The position numbers and the translations under genes are program-made. Source: Podarcis filfolensis (taxonomy: Eukaryota). Taken from it: a stretch of 64,000 bases of DNA. Below, piece by piece: positions 36,401 to 48,400 of this stretch. Within the stretch, counting starts at the first letter, position 1, and the number at the start of each line of letters is the position of its first letter. Below the pieces are notes generated by a model. That model saw nothing but the letters and a program-made list of their open reading frames with translations, ran no database searches and was not told the DNA's origin. The stretch lies in the NCBI GenBank assembly GCA_964270895.1, contig OZ185440.1; one strand, 5' to 3'.

Positions 36401-39400
36401 TATAAAGGAGCTCCCGTCATCAAAGCCAGACAATGCAATCCGGTGTGTGTTAACTACACCTAAACCCCCGTAAGCTCAGCTAGGTGTTTACGCTCCTCTA
36501 GACTGCAGCTAGAAAACATTTATTGCCGAGATTTCAGAATTCCACTCACACTACCAGTGGTTTATTCATGTGAAAACCTTATTGCGAAATAGGAAACAAA
36601 CCAGAATGCATGTAAACAATGCAAGAAGACCACTAAAAACTTATCAGTCTGCTTCAGTCTGAGGGCAAAATGGGGGTTCAGCCAAGTGCTCTTAAGAAGC
36701 CCTCTTCAGGCCTTAACATTAAAGACATGAAGGTCAGGAGTGAAGGAGCTGACATCTGCATGTGCATGTACACACACACACACACACACACAGAGCACAG
36801 CTCACTACAAACTTTTTGCCCTCTCGTGTTCATGCTGGATTCCAGAGACAATGTGAATAAGGAAGTTATTAGCATCTGTGTCTGCCTCACACCCAGCACT
36901 ATTTTTTTTACAACACTGGCTGAGTCAGCTACAATCACAGTCATTCGCAGTACCTCTGGGCTCCATCCCCAGTGCATGTCAGGGTCTGAGCCCAGAGATA
37001 TGGGGACTAAAGAAATTAATGGCAATAACAGCAACTTCCTCACTCAGAACTGTAACTGCAAGGGCAGGGCAAATCCAAGGCTGTTCGGCTTGGGCTACAG
37101 GTTCTAAGGAGGGCTTATATTTAGTCACTTGTTAATTTTTTGGCATTTGACAACTTGCTTTTATGCACACTGGACCTAAATGTGACACTATCACACAGTT
37201 GAAAATTTAAGCAAGAGGTGATTTGGTAAAAGGCAGATGTTAGAAGAAGCATTTGTTAAATATCTTATTTAACACTGCACTCTTTTTAGTGCTTTTATTG
37301 TTTTCATGTATTGACATTTTGATATTATGGCTGGGCACCTCAAGAACCAGAAGCATCCAGGCCTCTCTGGATTCCTGAGAGGGCCTGGAAAAGTGTTGGG
37401 ATAACTTTCTTTATCCTCAGTTACCCTGGGTCCTACCCCTCACCTGGGAAGTTAGCAGTGGCTGCCTCACCCAGTACTTCTATTTACAGTGCTGAGCAAT
37501 TTTTTTAAAAAAAATTGTAAACTTTTCTTTAAAAAAAAACCAAAGGAGGGCAGCAGCATCACTCTCAGTGACATTTGTGAAATTATGCTTGGTGCTTTGT
37601 CTGGTTTACTGTGAGCAGCAACTTAACCAGAAGACATTATTAAGATGACTCATTTTGTGAAGTGTTTATCTGCAAGACAATGTGCCATACACCAGAAAAA
37701 CAGGGTGTGGGACTTACCTAATGACTCTCATCAGAAGAAGCCCTGTCCAAGGACTTCTGCTTGAGCACCAAGCTCCCCCTAACCCAAAATTTGACTGAAT
37801 GTGAGGAAACAGCACACAGGGGGAGGATTTGGGGGGCATCATTCCATCTGGCAAGCTGAAATGCTTGTGCTAATAGAGCAATCAGAAGAGTGGGATGTTG
37901 TATTTTGCCCAGGACTGTGAGGGGTCAAAAGGAGACATATAAACTTTTCTTGTGATAAGACCTTACCACTTCAACGCGTGCAAGGATAATAGGAAACGCA
38001 AAGGCAGAAACCACAATTCCAGTCGTGAAGAAACATGCCAACTCCCTGCAGGCACTGCTTGCGGCATCAGTATCATCGCTTACTCTTTTTGTGATGAAGT
38101 GGGGAATAGGACTTATGAAGTAAAATATCAAAACAAATAAAGGCCAGTAGACGCTGCAGAATGACAAACACAAAGGATGAGAGAAGTTAATGCCGTTTGA
38201 AATGAATTTTATGCACAACCTATTATCATCCTCTGAAATCATAACAGCTGAGCACAGAAATATACACATAACTATATACAGTGGAACCTCGGGTTACGTA
38301 CTGCCCCCTTTGCAAATACTTCAGGATATGCACGCGGCAAACCTGGAAGTAACGGAAAGGTTTCCACCGCCCGTGCCTATGCAGAAGCGGGTTACTGTCG
38401 CGCACGCCTGCGCAGAACAGGCGCCTCTGGATGCAAATGTTTCGGGGTAAGAACAGACCCCCGAAACGAATTAAATTCGCATCCAGAGGTACCACTGTAC
38501 ATAGGAAAAAGTCACTGAAGTATAAATCTAGGGCCATATACATTTGTTCTTCCGCTCACTTCAGGATACGCAGTTTTCCAGCCCAACTGCATTTTCTTCC
38601 TCCTCCCTTCTTTGCCCCTTGTTTTCTGCAGTTTCATCGCTTTAAAAAAAGGGCAAATGACCCCTGGACGGTTGAATCCAGTCAAAGGTGACTATGGGGT
38701 TATGGCACTCATCTCGCTTTCAGGCCGAGGGAGCCAGCGTTTGTCCACAGACAGCTTTCCGGGTCATGTGGCCAGCATGACTGCTTCTGGTGCAACAGGA
38801 CACCATGCCGGAAAACAGAGTGCATGGGAATGCCGTTTACCTTCCCACCTCAGTGGTACCCATTTATCTACTTGCACTGGCATGCTTTTGAACTGCAAGG
38901 TTGGCAGGAGCTGGGACAGAGCTTAGGGAGCTCACCCCGTTGCAGGGATTCGAAATGCCGACCTTCTGATCAGCAAGCCCAAGAGGCTCAGTGGTTTAGA
39001 CCACAGCGCCACCCGCGTCCCTTGTCATCTCCTTTCCCCGTATCAGCTCACATTCTAATCTGTGAACCTTTTAGCATTCTACTGCATCTTCTCTGACATG
39101 CCAATTTCTATTCCTCAACACCCACTGCTTCAGCAAAGGTTTACCAAACTACCCTAAGCTTCATTTTCCTTCTCGGCTGTCAGACTGCTCTCCCACACAT
39201 TAACCCCGTTACAATCTCTGATGCCGTTCATTTCCCTCAATCATCTGAAAGACGTAAGAATGAAAAAAGAATTCAAGCTGCGTTCATAAACCACTTGCTT
39301 AAGGATTTCTTTCCAAATAAGCATGCTTGGAACCATCACACAACATAGAACAGTGATATATCTCAGTCTTACCCGTAACTTTCCAGTGCACACCCCAATA

Positions 39401-41058
39401 CAAGAAACGTCAGACCCATAGCTCCAGTGAACGATAAGCCAACCAGGGCTACACAAATGGAAATAAAAAGAATGACATCACTAACACGCTTAACATTAAT
39501 TTGTACAATCACAGTCTGTGCAGTTTAATTCACAAAGTGATCCAACATTGCAGTTAAAGGTGTAACCTCCTGATACAGCAGATGTTCGATCTCAAGAGGT
39601 CGTCAGAATTCAGGCTTGTTGGATCTACTTTGTTTTTTACTGGAACTCCAATCAGAGCCATTTAAAAACAAAACAGTTAGAATTAAATACCAAAGTGCCT
39701 CCTGAACCTAGGAATTTCTTTCCAGTACCAGAACATAACTGAGCTCACAGTCATTTCATGTAAAAAAAATCCACTCCTGGCTAGCTTTCTTCATTTCAGC
39801 AGCCTACATGGGGGTGGAGTGGAAATCACCTTGTTGCTGCCATTAGTAATCTAATGCAGATCACCCAGAGATCTACCACTATATTCTGATGTACCTTAAG
39901 AATATGAGGAGCCTGATGGACCAGGCCAATGCCCCAACATCCGCTTCACAGTGGTCAACTAGATGCCTATGGGAAGCCCAGAACCAGGACCTGGGTGCAA
40001 GAGCTCCCCCCCCCCCGCCCCCGCCACTTGTGATGCTATACAAGCGGCCTTCAGAGGCCTGCTGCCTCCAACAGTAGAGGTAGTACATTTATCATGGTTA
40101 ATATCCACTGACAGCCTGATCCTCCATGAATTTGTCTTCTCTTCTTTAAAAGTTATCCCAAATTGGTGACTGTCACTACTTCTTGCATTTAGACAAGCCT
40201 AAATGCAGAGAAAGCCAAGGTAATTTCAATGCTTTAGTATTTTAACTTTTGTGTTTTAAAGTAGGGTTTGTTGAATTTTCCTTGATTTTACTGTTTTGTT
40301 TTTTGCAAACCACTTTGAGGATTGTTTGTTTTTACTATCAAGAGGTGTATAGATCTTATGAAGTAAATAACGTTTGTTTCACTTTCGACAGCCATACTTC
40401 CAGGATGGGACCCTCTTGCTGGAATTTTTCAATGAGTAGGAAAATGAGTGTACCCATAAACATTTTTTTTAGAAGAAAAGCACTGGTAAGAACTATAGTG
40501 GGTTTCTTTTTTTCTTTTCTTTTTTCATTTTCTTTTTTTGTTTTCGAATCAAAACCGATCGCACGTAAAACAATGGTTTGGGGTGGGTAACAGCAGCTGG
40601 GAAACCCCTGAACTGTTATATAGGCTTCAAGGGAAAGGAATTTTCAGCAAAATGTGACCGGCCAGGGCCCTTCCCGGCAGTTGCTCCAGAGAAAAGAGCC
40701 CTGCCCTCGCCGGCGCCTCCGGATTCCCCACCCCGCGTGCTTCACATCCACACCCTGGAAAAGGGCGTAGGAAGGAGGAGGAAGAGACCCAGCGCCGGCG
40801 CAGTGCAAAAAGTTACGCTGCCCCAGAGAGGAGTCTGTTGTTGGTGACAACCGAGAGGGGGCTGCACAGCGAAAGGCTCCTTTAGCCGTATTTGCAGAGG
40901 AACTTTCCCCGGGCAGGGGCGGGAGCGAGGTAGCCATAGCGACGGCGGAGCGAGAGAGCCGCGCCGACGGGGAAAGCGGAGGGAGAGAGAAAGAGAGACA
41001 GACAGAGGCCACCGCCGCGCGAGGAGAGAAGCGGCCCGATACCTTTAATCCCCGCCAT
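33315..41058 (-). CDS. LEPROT: Leptin receptor overlapping transcript protein (endospanin-1/OB-RGRP), complete, 131 aa; exons 41043-41058, 39373-39448, 37967-38153, 33315-33431
   Basis: Spliced translation: [131 protein letters not shown]. This is a Vps55-family four-TM protein. Coding exon sizes of 16/76/187/117 nt match the mammalian gene as recalled. Confidence 0.98.
35313..35521. mobile_element. Tigger-like MITE (LEPROT intron 3)
   Basis: TA|CAGTCATACCTCGGGTTA...AAAGTATGACTG|TA; CpG-rich, with internal palindrome AACCCGGAAGT...ACTTCCGGGTT. Confidence 0.85.
36770..36792. repeat. (AC)n microsatellite
   Basis: Read directly from the sequence. Confidence 0.9.
37967..38153 (-). CDS. LEPROT: LEPROT exon 3 (187 nt)
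   Basis: ctgcag|CGTCTACTGG...GAAGTG|gtaagg; lies within ORF-track 37925..38269. Confidence 0.97.
38279..38497. mobile_element. Tigger-like MITE (LEPROT intron 2)
   Basis: TA|CAGTGGAACCTCGGGTTA...GAGGTACCACTG|TA. Confidence 0.85.
38645..39021 (-). mobile_element. Sauria SINE (LEPROT intron 2)
   Basis: Minus-strand head GGGACGCGGGTGGCGCTGTGGTCTAAACCACTGAGCC; homologous along its length to 19710-20059. Confidence 0.92.
39373..39448 (-). CDS. LEPROT: LEPROT exon 2 (76 nt)
   Basis: gtgtag|CCCTGGTTGGC...TACGG|gtaaga. Confidence 0.97.
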
Positions 41059-41330
41059 GTCTCCTTTTCTTTTGCGGGGCGCCTTTTTTGCTCGCTCTCT
41101 CTTTCTCGCTGGACGACGAAGCAGAGGAGGCGGAGAATAATGTGTCGACTTCTTCCGCCTTCTGCTCACGTGGCTCCTGCTCTAACCCTTCCCCTTCTCA
41201 CAGGGGGAAGGGAACAACAACAAAAAAGCAGCACTTTCTTTTTTCAAAAAAGAAACTAAGACTCTTTTCACGCCTATGAACTGCCTCAGGGCGGCGCCAA
41301 GGCAGTCGAAGTGAGGGGAATTTCCCTCAG
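40640..41330 (-). promoter_or_regulatory. LEPROT CpG-island promoter / first exon region
   Basis: GC- and CpG-rich segment spanning exon 1; E-box TCACGTGG at 41166-41173; kB-consensus GGGAATTTCC at 41316-41325. Confidence 0.85.
41043..41058 (-). CDS. LEPROT: LEPROT coding exon 1 (MAGIK+G)
   Basis: GACATGGCGGGGATTAAAG|gtatcg, inside the CpG island. Confidence 0.95.
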
Positions 41331-41892
41331 AAATGGCCCTCAGAAATTCCCTCAGAAATGACTGCTGCTTGTACCAGATGTTCAAACATCTTTTTGTGGA
41401 TCCATCCACCCGCATTTCCCTTTGCCCTCCCAGAGCATATTCGGATTGCAAAGGCTTGGGTGGCCTCTTATCTCACTTTCAGGGTCAAGCATAGGCCCCA
41501 CAGAGTAAAAACCTTGGTTTTGAGGTCGGGCATGTGCTCTTCTGATATTAACTCCATCTTAAAAACAAAAACAACAAAAAACTTTAACTTGCTGTTTAGT
41601 CTGGGCTGCCATCCCAGACACTTCCCTGGGAGTAAGTCCCATGCGGTTAGCGGGGCCTACTTCAGAGCAGACAGACGTAGTAGGATGGCCCTGTTAGTAA
41701 AGCAAAGACCTCAGCAAGCGAGCGCCGTCATGCCAGCCATGCACAATTCATCACCTCAGTTTCAAAAGAAGTCAGTGGGATTTTGTGGGCGTGCTGGTTT
41801 TTTCGCCCAAATAAATCGCACTTGTATGGATCCATTGATGTAGATCCATTTTCAGCGAGGGTAAGTCTTTTGACTGCACACACCCATGGATA

Positions 41893-42121
41893 CTGTGGTA
41901 CCTCGGGTTACATATGCTTCAGGTTACAGACTCCGCTAACCCAGAAATAGTACCTCGGGTTAAGAACTTTGCTTCAGGATGAGAACAGAAATCGTGATCC
42001 GGCGGCGCGGCAGCAGCAGCAGGAGGCCCCATTAGCTAAAGTGGTGCTTCAGGTTAAGAACAGTTTCAGGTTAAGAACGGACCTCCGGAACAAATTAAGT
42101 ACTTAACCTGAGGTACCACTG
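41893..42121 (+). mobile_element. Tigger-like MITE between the DNAJC6 3' end and the LEPROT promoter
   Basis: TA|CTGTGGTACCTCGGGTTA...GAGGTACCACTG|TA; highly similar to 9178-9419. Confidence 0.9.
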
Positions 42122-43223
42122 TATTTAGAAATGTGGGTGGCATCTGTACAGCCAGGGGTTTCCATTACTTAAATCAAGCGTTAAGCATTGTCTAATTAGT
42201 GCTCCTTGGGGTCCTCATGCATATTTATATACCCACACACCTTTCTAATTCATGCTTTCTACTGTTTCCTACTGCAATTTTCCCCGAAAGTGATTTCACC
42301 ACAATGCCAATGTTTTGTATAAAGCAGACGCGCCAACCTGAATGAAATATTGTGGGGGCCCAGGTAAGCCCTGCACCGCATAATCAATCACACGACACAG
42401 TGCACCCCCCCCATTTGAATAAGAATGCCCATCAACTTTGTGGGGGCCTGGCCCCCTCAAATATTTTATTGTGGGGGCTCCCAGGAGTTGACTTCTATGG
42501 TATAAAGCTGGGAGACATGGCAGCTAGAAGCATTTTTGCATTCAGTAAAACACATATTCTATAATGTTAGACGCACGTTCAGAAAGAGGAGCAATAGTTT
42601 TAAGTTTATATAAGAATGAAGTCATTTGCTCCTCTCAGCATATAAAAATGACTTACAGCTGCATTGCTATCTATTCTTTCTTACCCAGGAGTAAGCTCCA
42701 CTGAACTCAATGGGACTTACTCCTATGAAGACATATAGGATTGTACTGTAAGGTAACACAAGAGAGTACATTCAGGAACAGGTTATTCAGTCCCATGGAG
42801 TAGTGGGTTTATTTTCTTTCGCCTTCTGCTACAGCAGCCTCAGTATCGATATACTCAATAACATCCCCTTTGAAGGCGCTTTGTCTTCCTCTCTGCATAG
42901 GATAAAATACAAATAAAAAGGACTGAAAGTTCTTTCACCTTTTTAATATATATACAAATGCTTTCAACCAGTCACAGTTCATTGAGTATACTGCATATTT
43001 ACAAAAAAGAGAGATTATAATAGTGGTTTTAGTCAGAACAGTAAACCTGAACATTGACGAGCAGATAGGACCAAAAGGAAAAGGAAAAGCTCTTTTGAGT
43101 TCAGTAGTTTGACACATAGGTCTCACTTTCATGCACCATTGAAAGCACTGCAGTTAGAGAAGGTGTTTAAGTTGGGTAAGTTTTTTTCCTTTTTACTGAA
43201 CTAGATGAAGCTTAAATGATATA

Positions 43224-43442
43224 TTTATTTTGTTAAAATTTGAATTTATCCTGGGCTTTTAAAAAAAGATCTATTAGTCTGATGCACAAAGCTAATGTTA
43301 TTTTTGTAATTTCAAAAACTGATGCTACATTAACTGAATCCATTTATATTTCATAAGCATAATTCACACAATATCTACAGAAGTGAATGAAAGATTAAAA
43401 CAAGTCACAGGAACATGATTCACATTTCAAAATGTTTTTAAT
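43224..43442 (-). terminator. Candidate DNAJC6 polyadenylation signals (ATTAAA 43442-43437; AATAAA 43229-43224), implying a 3'UTR of about 1.9-2.1 kb
   Basis: Hexamers read on the minus strand with GU/U-rich sequence downstream. Usage is not demonstrable from sequence. Confidence 0.5.
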
Positions 43443-45301
43443 AGACAAGCACATACTTGATCAAAACATTTTATAATATGTTAATAAATAACATCCAGTT
43501 TGTTATAGTTGTTCAAACGTCTTAATATCTTGTACATATAAAAAGGAGAGCTTGGTGTTTTGTTTCACATTGGCAGTAATGGCAATAAATAATGGATCAA
43601 TACAACAAAAAGATGGCATTTAATATAAAAATAAACATAGGCTGGTGGACATGCTGTATCTGCAGAAAAGGGTTTCCCACTATAAAGAAAATAGAACAAC
43701 AGAAAACAGATTGTCTTAAAACACCAATTTGAGCAAGATTTTCACGTCATCTAGAGAGTTTTCCCTGCATGTGGAAACCTTTTTGTCCACCTGTTGAACA
43801 TCAAAAAGGCAGATGCATGTTACCATTTCCCCCCATACAGTGTCTTTTGTAGCTACTATTCAACAGCTCCATGAAGAAATCGGCTGCATAATGGGATCCA
43901 ATGTTTAATGGAGTCAGGTGGCACGATGCCTTCAACAGCCTGTAGATACTTGGTTTTCAAGAAATATATCGAATCAGCATCTATAAACACATTGGACCTC
44001 TATAAACAACCAAGTTTTGCATGGCTGTTGCTGCACGTTGACTTAACTATCAACTGCTTGAAGGAGAGGAGACCAGATAATATTAATCTACCCCATGCAA
44101 GCCAGAGACCAGATTTCATTCAGGAAATGTCAATAAATAAAACTCCCATTATAAGTTTCTCTGCAAAAGGAGAAACAGTTCAAAGTGCTATGTAAAATTA
44201 GTTTCATTAGATGAGAGAACATACTTTTGTTTTATCATCAGATACCATAATGTGAATATATGAACATTATTGCTTACTGGGCCAATATAACTTTAGTAAG
44301 TAAGTAAATTTTCGTATTTTTTGCTCACCTCAGATCTTACAAAACTACATGAACATAGTAAGTTACCTATAGAAGTCCAGAAGTTGAGGCTACATGGTAA
44401 CATTAGCTTGTGTTCACAAATGTTCTGGAAAAACTGGATATTTGATTCAATTTAAATATACAATTTGAATCAATTAAGAACATAACTTCACAATGCTGAA
44501 GAAGGCAGCAAAGTTTGTTTCAGAGGCAGGTTTCAAAGTGTTTTTTAACTGGGAATTTTTTTGCAAGGTATTCTTTCACCCTTACTTTAATAATAATGAA
44601 CAGCAAACATTGATTTGGGATAATGCTTCAACAGGCTTTTGCATGTTAATAAATAAATAATAATTTAAAGACACTTCCCAAATTCTTTGTTGGTGTAAAA
44701 TGTCTAGCTGTCTGCTTGTCTGAAACACGAAATACAGTACTATGTTTAAGGCAGCAGTAAGTTGCCAAAGACATATCCAGTTGCCTAGCTGTCATATTAA
44801 AAAAAAAGAAACACTACAAGAAGTAATTGAAGGGTCAAATTATTATGAGAGTTTAGTGTACAGCAAATAACCACATATGAACATCCTTATGCTTTGTTTT
44901 GACAAAGCTTGTCCTGGATACAAACTTTCAAGACTAAGCCACATTCCTAGTGACACAGCATCTATTTGGTTTGTAGTGAGAGAGACCATTCATTTCACCT
45001 CACTTGTTCCAAGACAAGCAATCCCAGTTTTCTAGAATGCAACCTTACCTACCCTGTTTATACCTGAAAGAACACTATAAGATTAACTTCTAGAACTCCT
45101 CTCTTTGCATCTGTAATTCATGGCATACGTAAGGAGCAGCCTCCATACCTTCCCGCTCTCCATACGAAAAGGTTTTAGTGTTAGGGCTAGTCTTATTTTT
45201 TTCCAAATTTCCAGCCAGATACTAATTCAGCTGTGAAAATCTTGTGGCAAGGAACTATATGAGCACTAGCACAGGTCTACAGCAATGTCTGAGGAAGTAC
45301 G

Positions 45302-45403
45302 CTAATACAAGGGCTTTTGGCCTTGGTTTTCAAATTCTGACCAGGCATCATTGAGCTCCATAAAAATCATCTTTGCATATTGTTCATATGGCTGCCCCGT
45401 AGC
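45302..45403 (-). CDS. DNAJC6: DNAJC6 last coding exon ([33 protein letters not shown])
   Basis: ttgtag| acceptor; TAG stop at 45304-45302. Confidence 0.98.
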
Positions 45404-48400
45404 CTACAAGAAAGCAAAACAAGATACATCACAAACATATTAAAATAAGCTTAAAGATGACACTGTTCATACAGAAAGTCAATAGCAGAGTGTAGGTATA
45501 ATTTACGCTTATCATAGAAGAGCAAGCATGCTGAAAAGGGTAGCATGAAACCCTGAATTAACCCAGAATAGTTACGAGTTGACAAAAATCTTTTCTAGCC
45601 TATATCCTCACATCTACTTATCAGGTATTTGTAGATTAAAAGAAACAGTCAACATAGTATAAAGTTTTCCTACCTAGCTGCCTAGAGGCAATTCTTACTC
45701 ATAAAAGGCAAGCATATATTTGATCTGTGCATACATGTTTTTTTTGCAGCATTTACCCTGGGGTAATAGGGTATGTTTTAATGACACTATAGAAGTAGGT
45801 TGTGGTTGCTCCTGGTACATATTCACTTGCCTTTAGTGAATAAGCTTTATTGCAATCTGTAGTTCTTAATGGAGATAGACTTACAACTTCCAATAGGCCG
45901 GCGTAGTATTTACCTATTGATATAGTTTTGAGCTATAAAGTAATGTTGTTCACCATGACCTCACACCTTGCCCACACAATCGTATCAACATTTCCCCTTG
46001 TTTAATTTTTTCCAGACCCATCAGACTTTAATTCTTAGCCTAAGCATATCAGTTTTATGAACCACAGTTTTTATTTTAAAACATTTTTTTTGCTGCAAAA
46101 CTCAAACCAGAAACATAATTAGTAAACATGCAAGGTCTTATTATTTTCATTCACTTGACTGAGCCATATCACATTTTCAGACTATTTCTGAAATTATCCC
46201 AATAAACTTTCCCTAAGCTCCCACACAACTGGTAATAATTGCTACACCAAAGGTTTTCAGTGAACTGCAGTGACTCTTCGCTCCATATTGTTTTAAAGTG
46301 ATAATGGTGAAAGTAATTGCAGGGATGGATCAAGTAGGAATCATTAAACTAGTACATGAGGTAACAGATTAACATAAAATATTATTACTTACTTTATCAG
46401 GATGCACAACAAGCACTGCTCTCCGGTAAACCTTCTTTACTTGCTCTGGAGTAACAAGATCTGCCATGCCCACAGGTTTCCATTTTGTCTCTCCTTCCCA
46501 TAGTACTGTGTGCATTGTGGACAACAAGGCTCTTATGTTTCTCTCCTTTCCTTCAATCCATTCAAGGATCTGTGAAAATAGATAATGTAGTACTAAACCA
46601 AACTGCAAGAGAATATCTATACTAGCATGAATACTTATTTGATTGGAACAGTTTATAGTTTGTTTCTTCCCAGTTTGCTTTGAATCTCCGAAAGACAGGA
46701 GATAGATATCATCAAATGGAAATGTCAAATTGTTACCTCCAAGAACAGATACATAAAACTGCTTCTGAATATGGAGATTCAGCTAGTATTGTTCGTAACT
46801 CTCCAAATTAGAATTGTGGGATACATGGATATAGCTAGTGACCAAGGAAATTAGTGTGAATCACATGCCCAAGGATTCAACAATATAAATAGAATAAACT
46901 TAGCAAAATAAATATTAGGTAACTTATATACATAATTCATAATCCTCCAAATGAAAGACTTGTACCGTTATTGGGACAGACCCTATTTAGTCCTTCATAA
47001 AAGATTAATGTCAGTTTAATTATAATAATTATTCATGAGTTTTTCTGGTAATCATTCCAACTAGTGATTAGCTGGAACCCACAGACCATATGAAGAGAGT
47101 TGGAGCAGAAGGCATAGTGAGTTTTGCACTTATCTTCCATCTAAACACCTTCATTTGCCATAGTGATCACAGACCTTTTCACCCCTTAAACAGTAATTAG
47201 AAAAGAGCCAAATGGGTTTAGAGACCCCCCCCATGGCCAAAGCCATTGCTGGGAGAAGCTGGGCTAAGTGGGCTTAGCCCCCGACCGCCACCGCCCCCCA
47301 CACCTTGTTGAAGGGTTTGAAGCTGGCTGATTATGAAAAAGTGATAAGAGGGAATTAAGGTCTGAGGGAGCAGGCCAAAGGCTGCCCTTTTTCCTGATCC
47401 AGTCCTTGCTCCCCACACAAGTCAAGACCTAGAACCTGCATGCTGTTCTCTACTGCCAGAGATATTTCCAGGTAGCATGAGGGAAGAATGCATGCCAACT
47501 TTCACCCACACAGAGCTTAGGAGAACGGAGATGGGGGAACTGTTTTAATCCTTCTCCCACACTATTTTCCTGCACAAATAGGGAGTCTCTACTATCAAGA
47601 CAGAGTCTTACCTACATTTAGACACAGTCCATCCCCACCTTCTCAGTTTTGAACAATCAGTTCCCTTGTGTGGATACTGAAGCTTTCTAGAAAAATATAG
47701 GCATGCAAAACCCAAATATTGACAAGGTCCTGTTACTGATCTTGGTATCATGCTTGCATCGTAAAACATCTCTGAAGTATTAAATATTCAACTATTATAC
47801 AATCCAGTCAAAGCAAAATCTTCAACAATTTGGAAATCAAATCCAAAGCATTCAGCTTACTTTTAATTTTTCAGGGTCCATCTCCTTGGCCATTTCTTCT
47901 TTCCTCATTTCTGCTATTGTTCTTGGTCCCTTTCTGTCTTTGTGAGCATTAAAGCCTTGACCAGATAAGAGGTCTTCAAAATCAGCAGACACTTTTGGTT
48001 TGGATTCTTAATGGGAAAAAAGTATATAGTGTTAAAAGGAAGTATTACTTGATTTAAGAAGATATAAATGTCACATTATTGTAAATACTTTACAAAATCA
48101 TTCCGTACGATGCAGCGAAGTACATATGGGCATACCTGTATTTTTCCTCTGCAGCGCAAACAGAAGGAGTTTAAGCACTTTTATTCCCAACACCACCGTT
48201 GTGAGAAAGATGGCACATTCACCCCTCTGCTGAGTACAGGTCACTCTAAAAACACAAGTCACTTAGCACATCACCCTTTCTAAAGCATCCATGTACAAGC
48301 AGGATTTCCCAGTTGAATCTTACAAGTTTTGCTTGCCCATTTTGAACTTGAACTCACTCAGCAATTCAAACTGAATAAAATAGTGTGATAAATAAGAACT

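Noticed and set aside
37718-37778. 61-nt cryptic exon in LEPROT intron 3 with strong donor TAG|GTAAGT
   Set aside because: The acceptor lacks a pyrimidine tract (TTTTGGGTTAG) and there is no other support.
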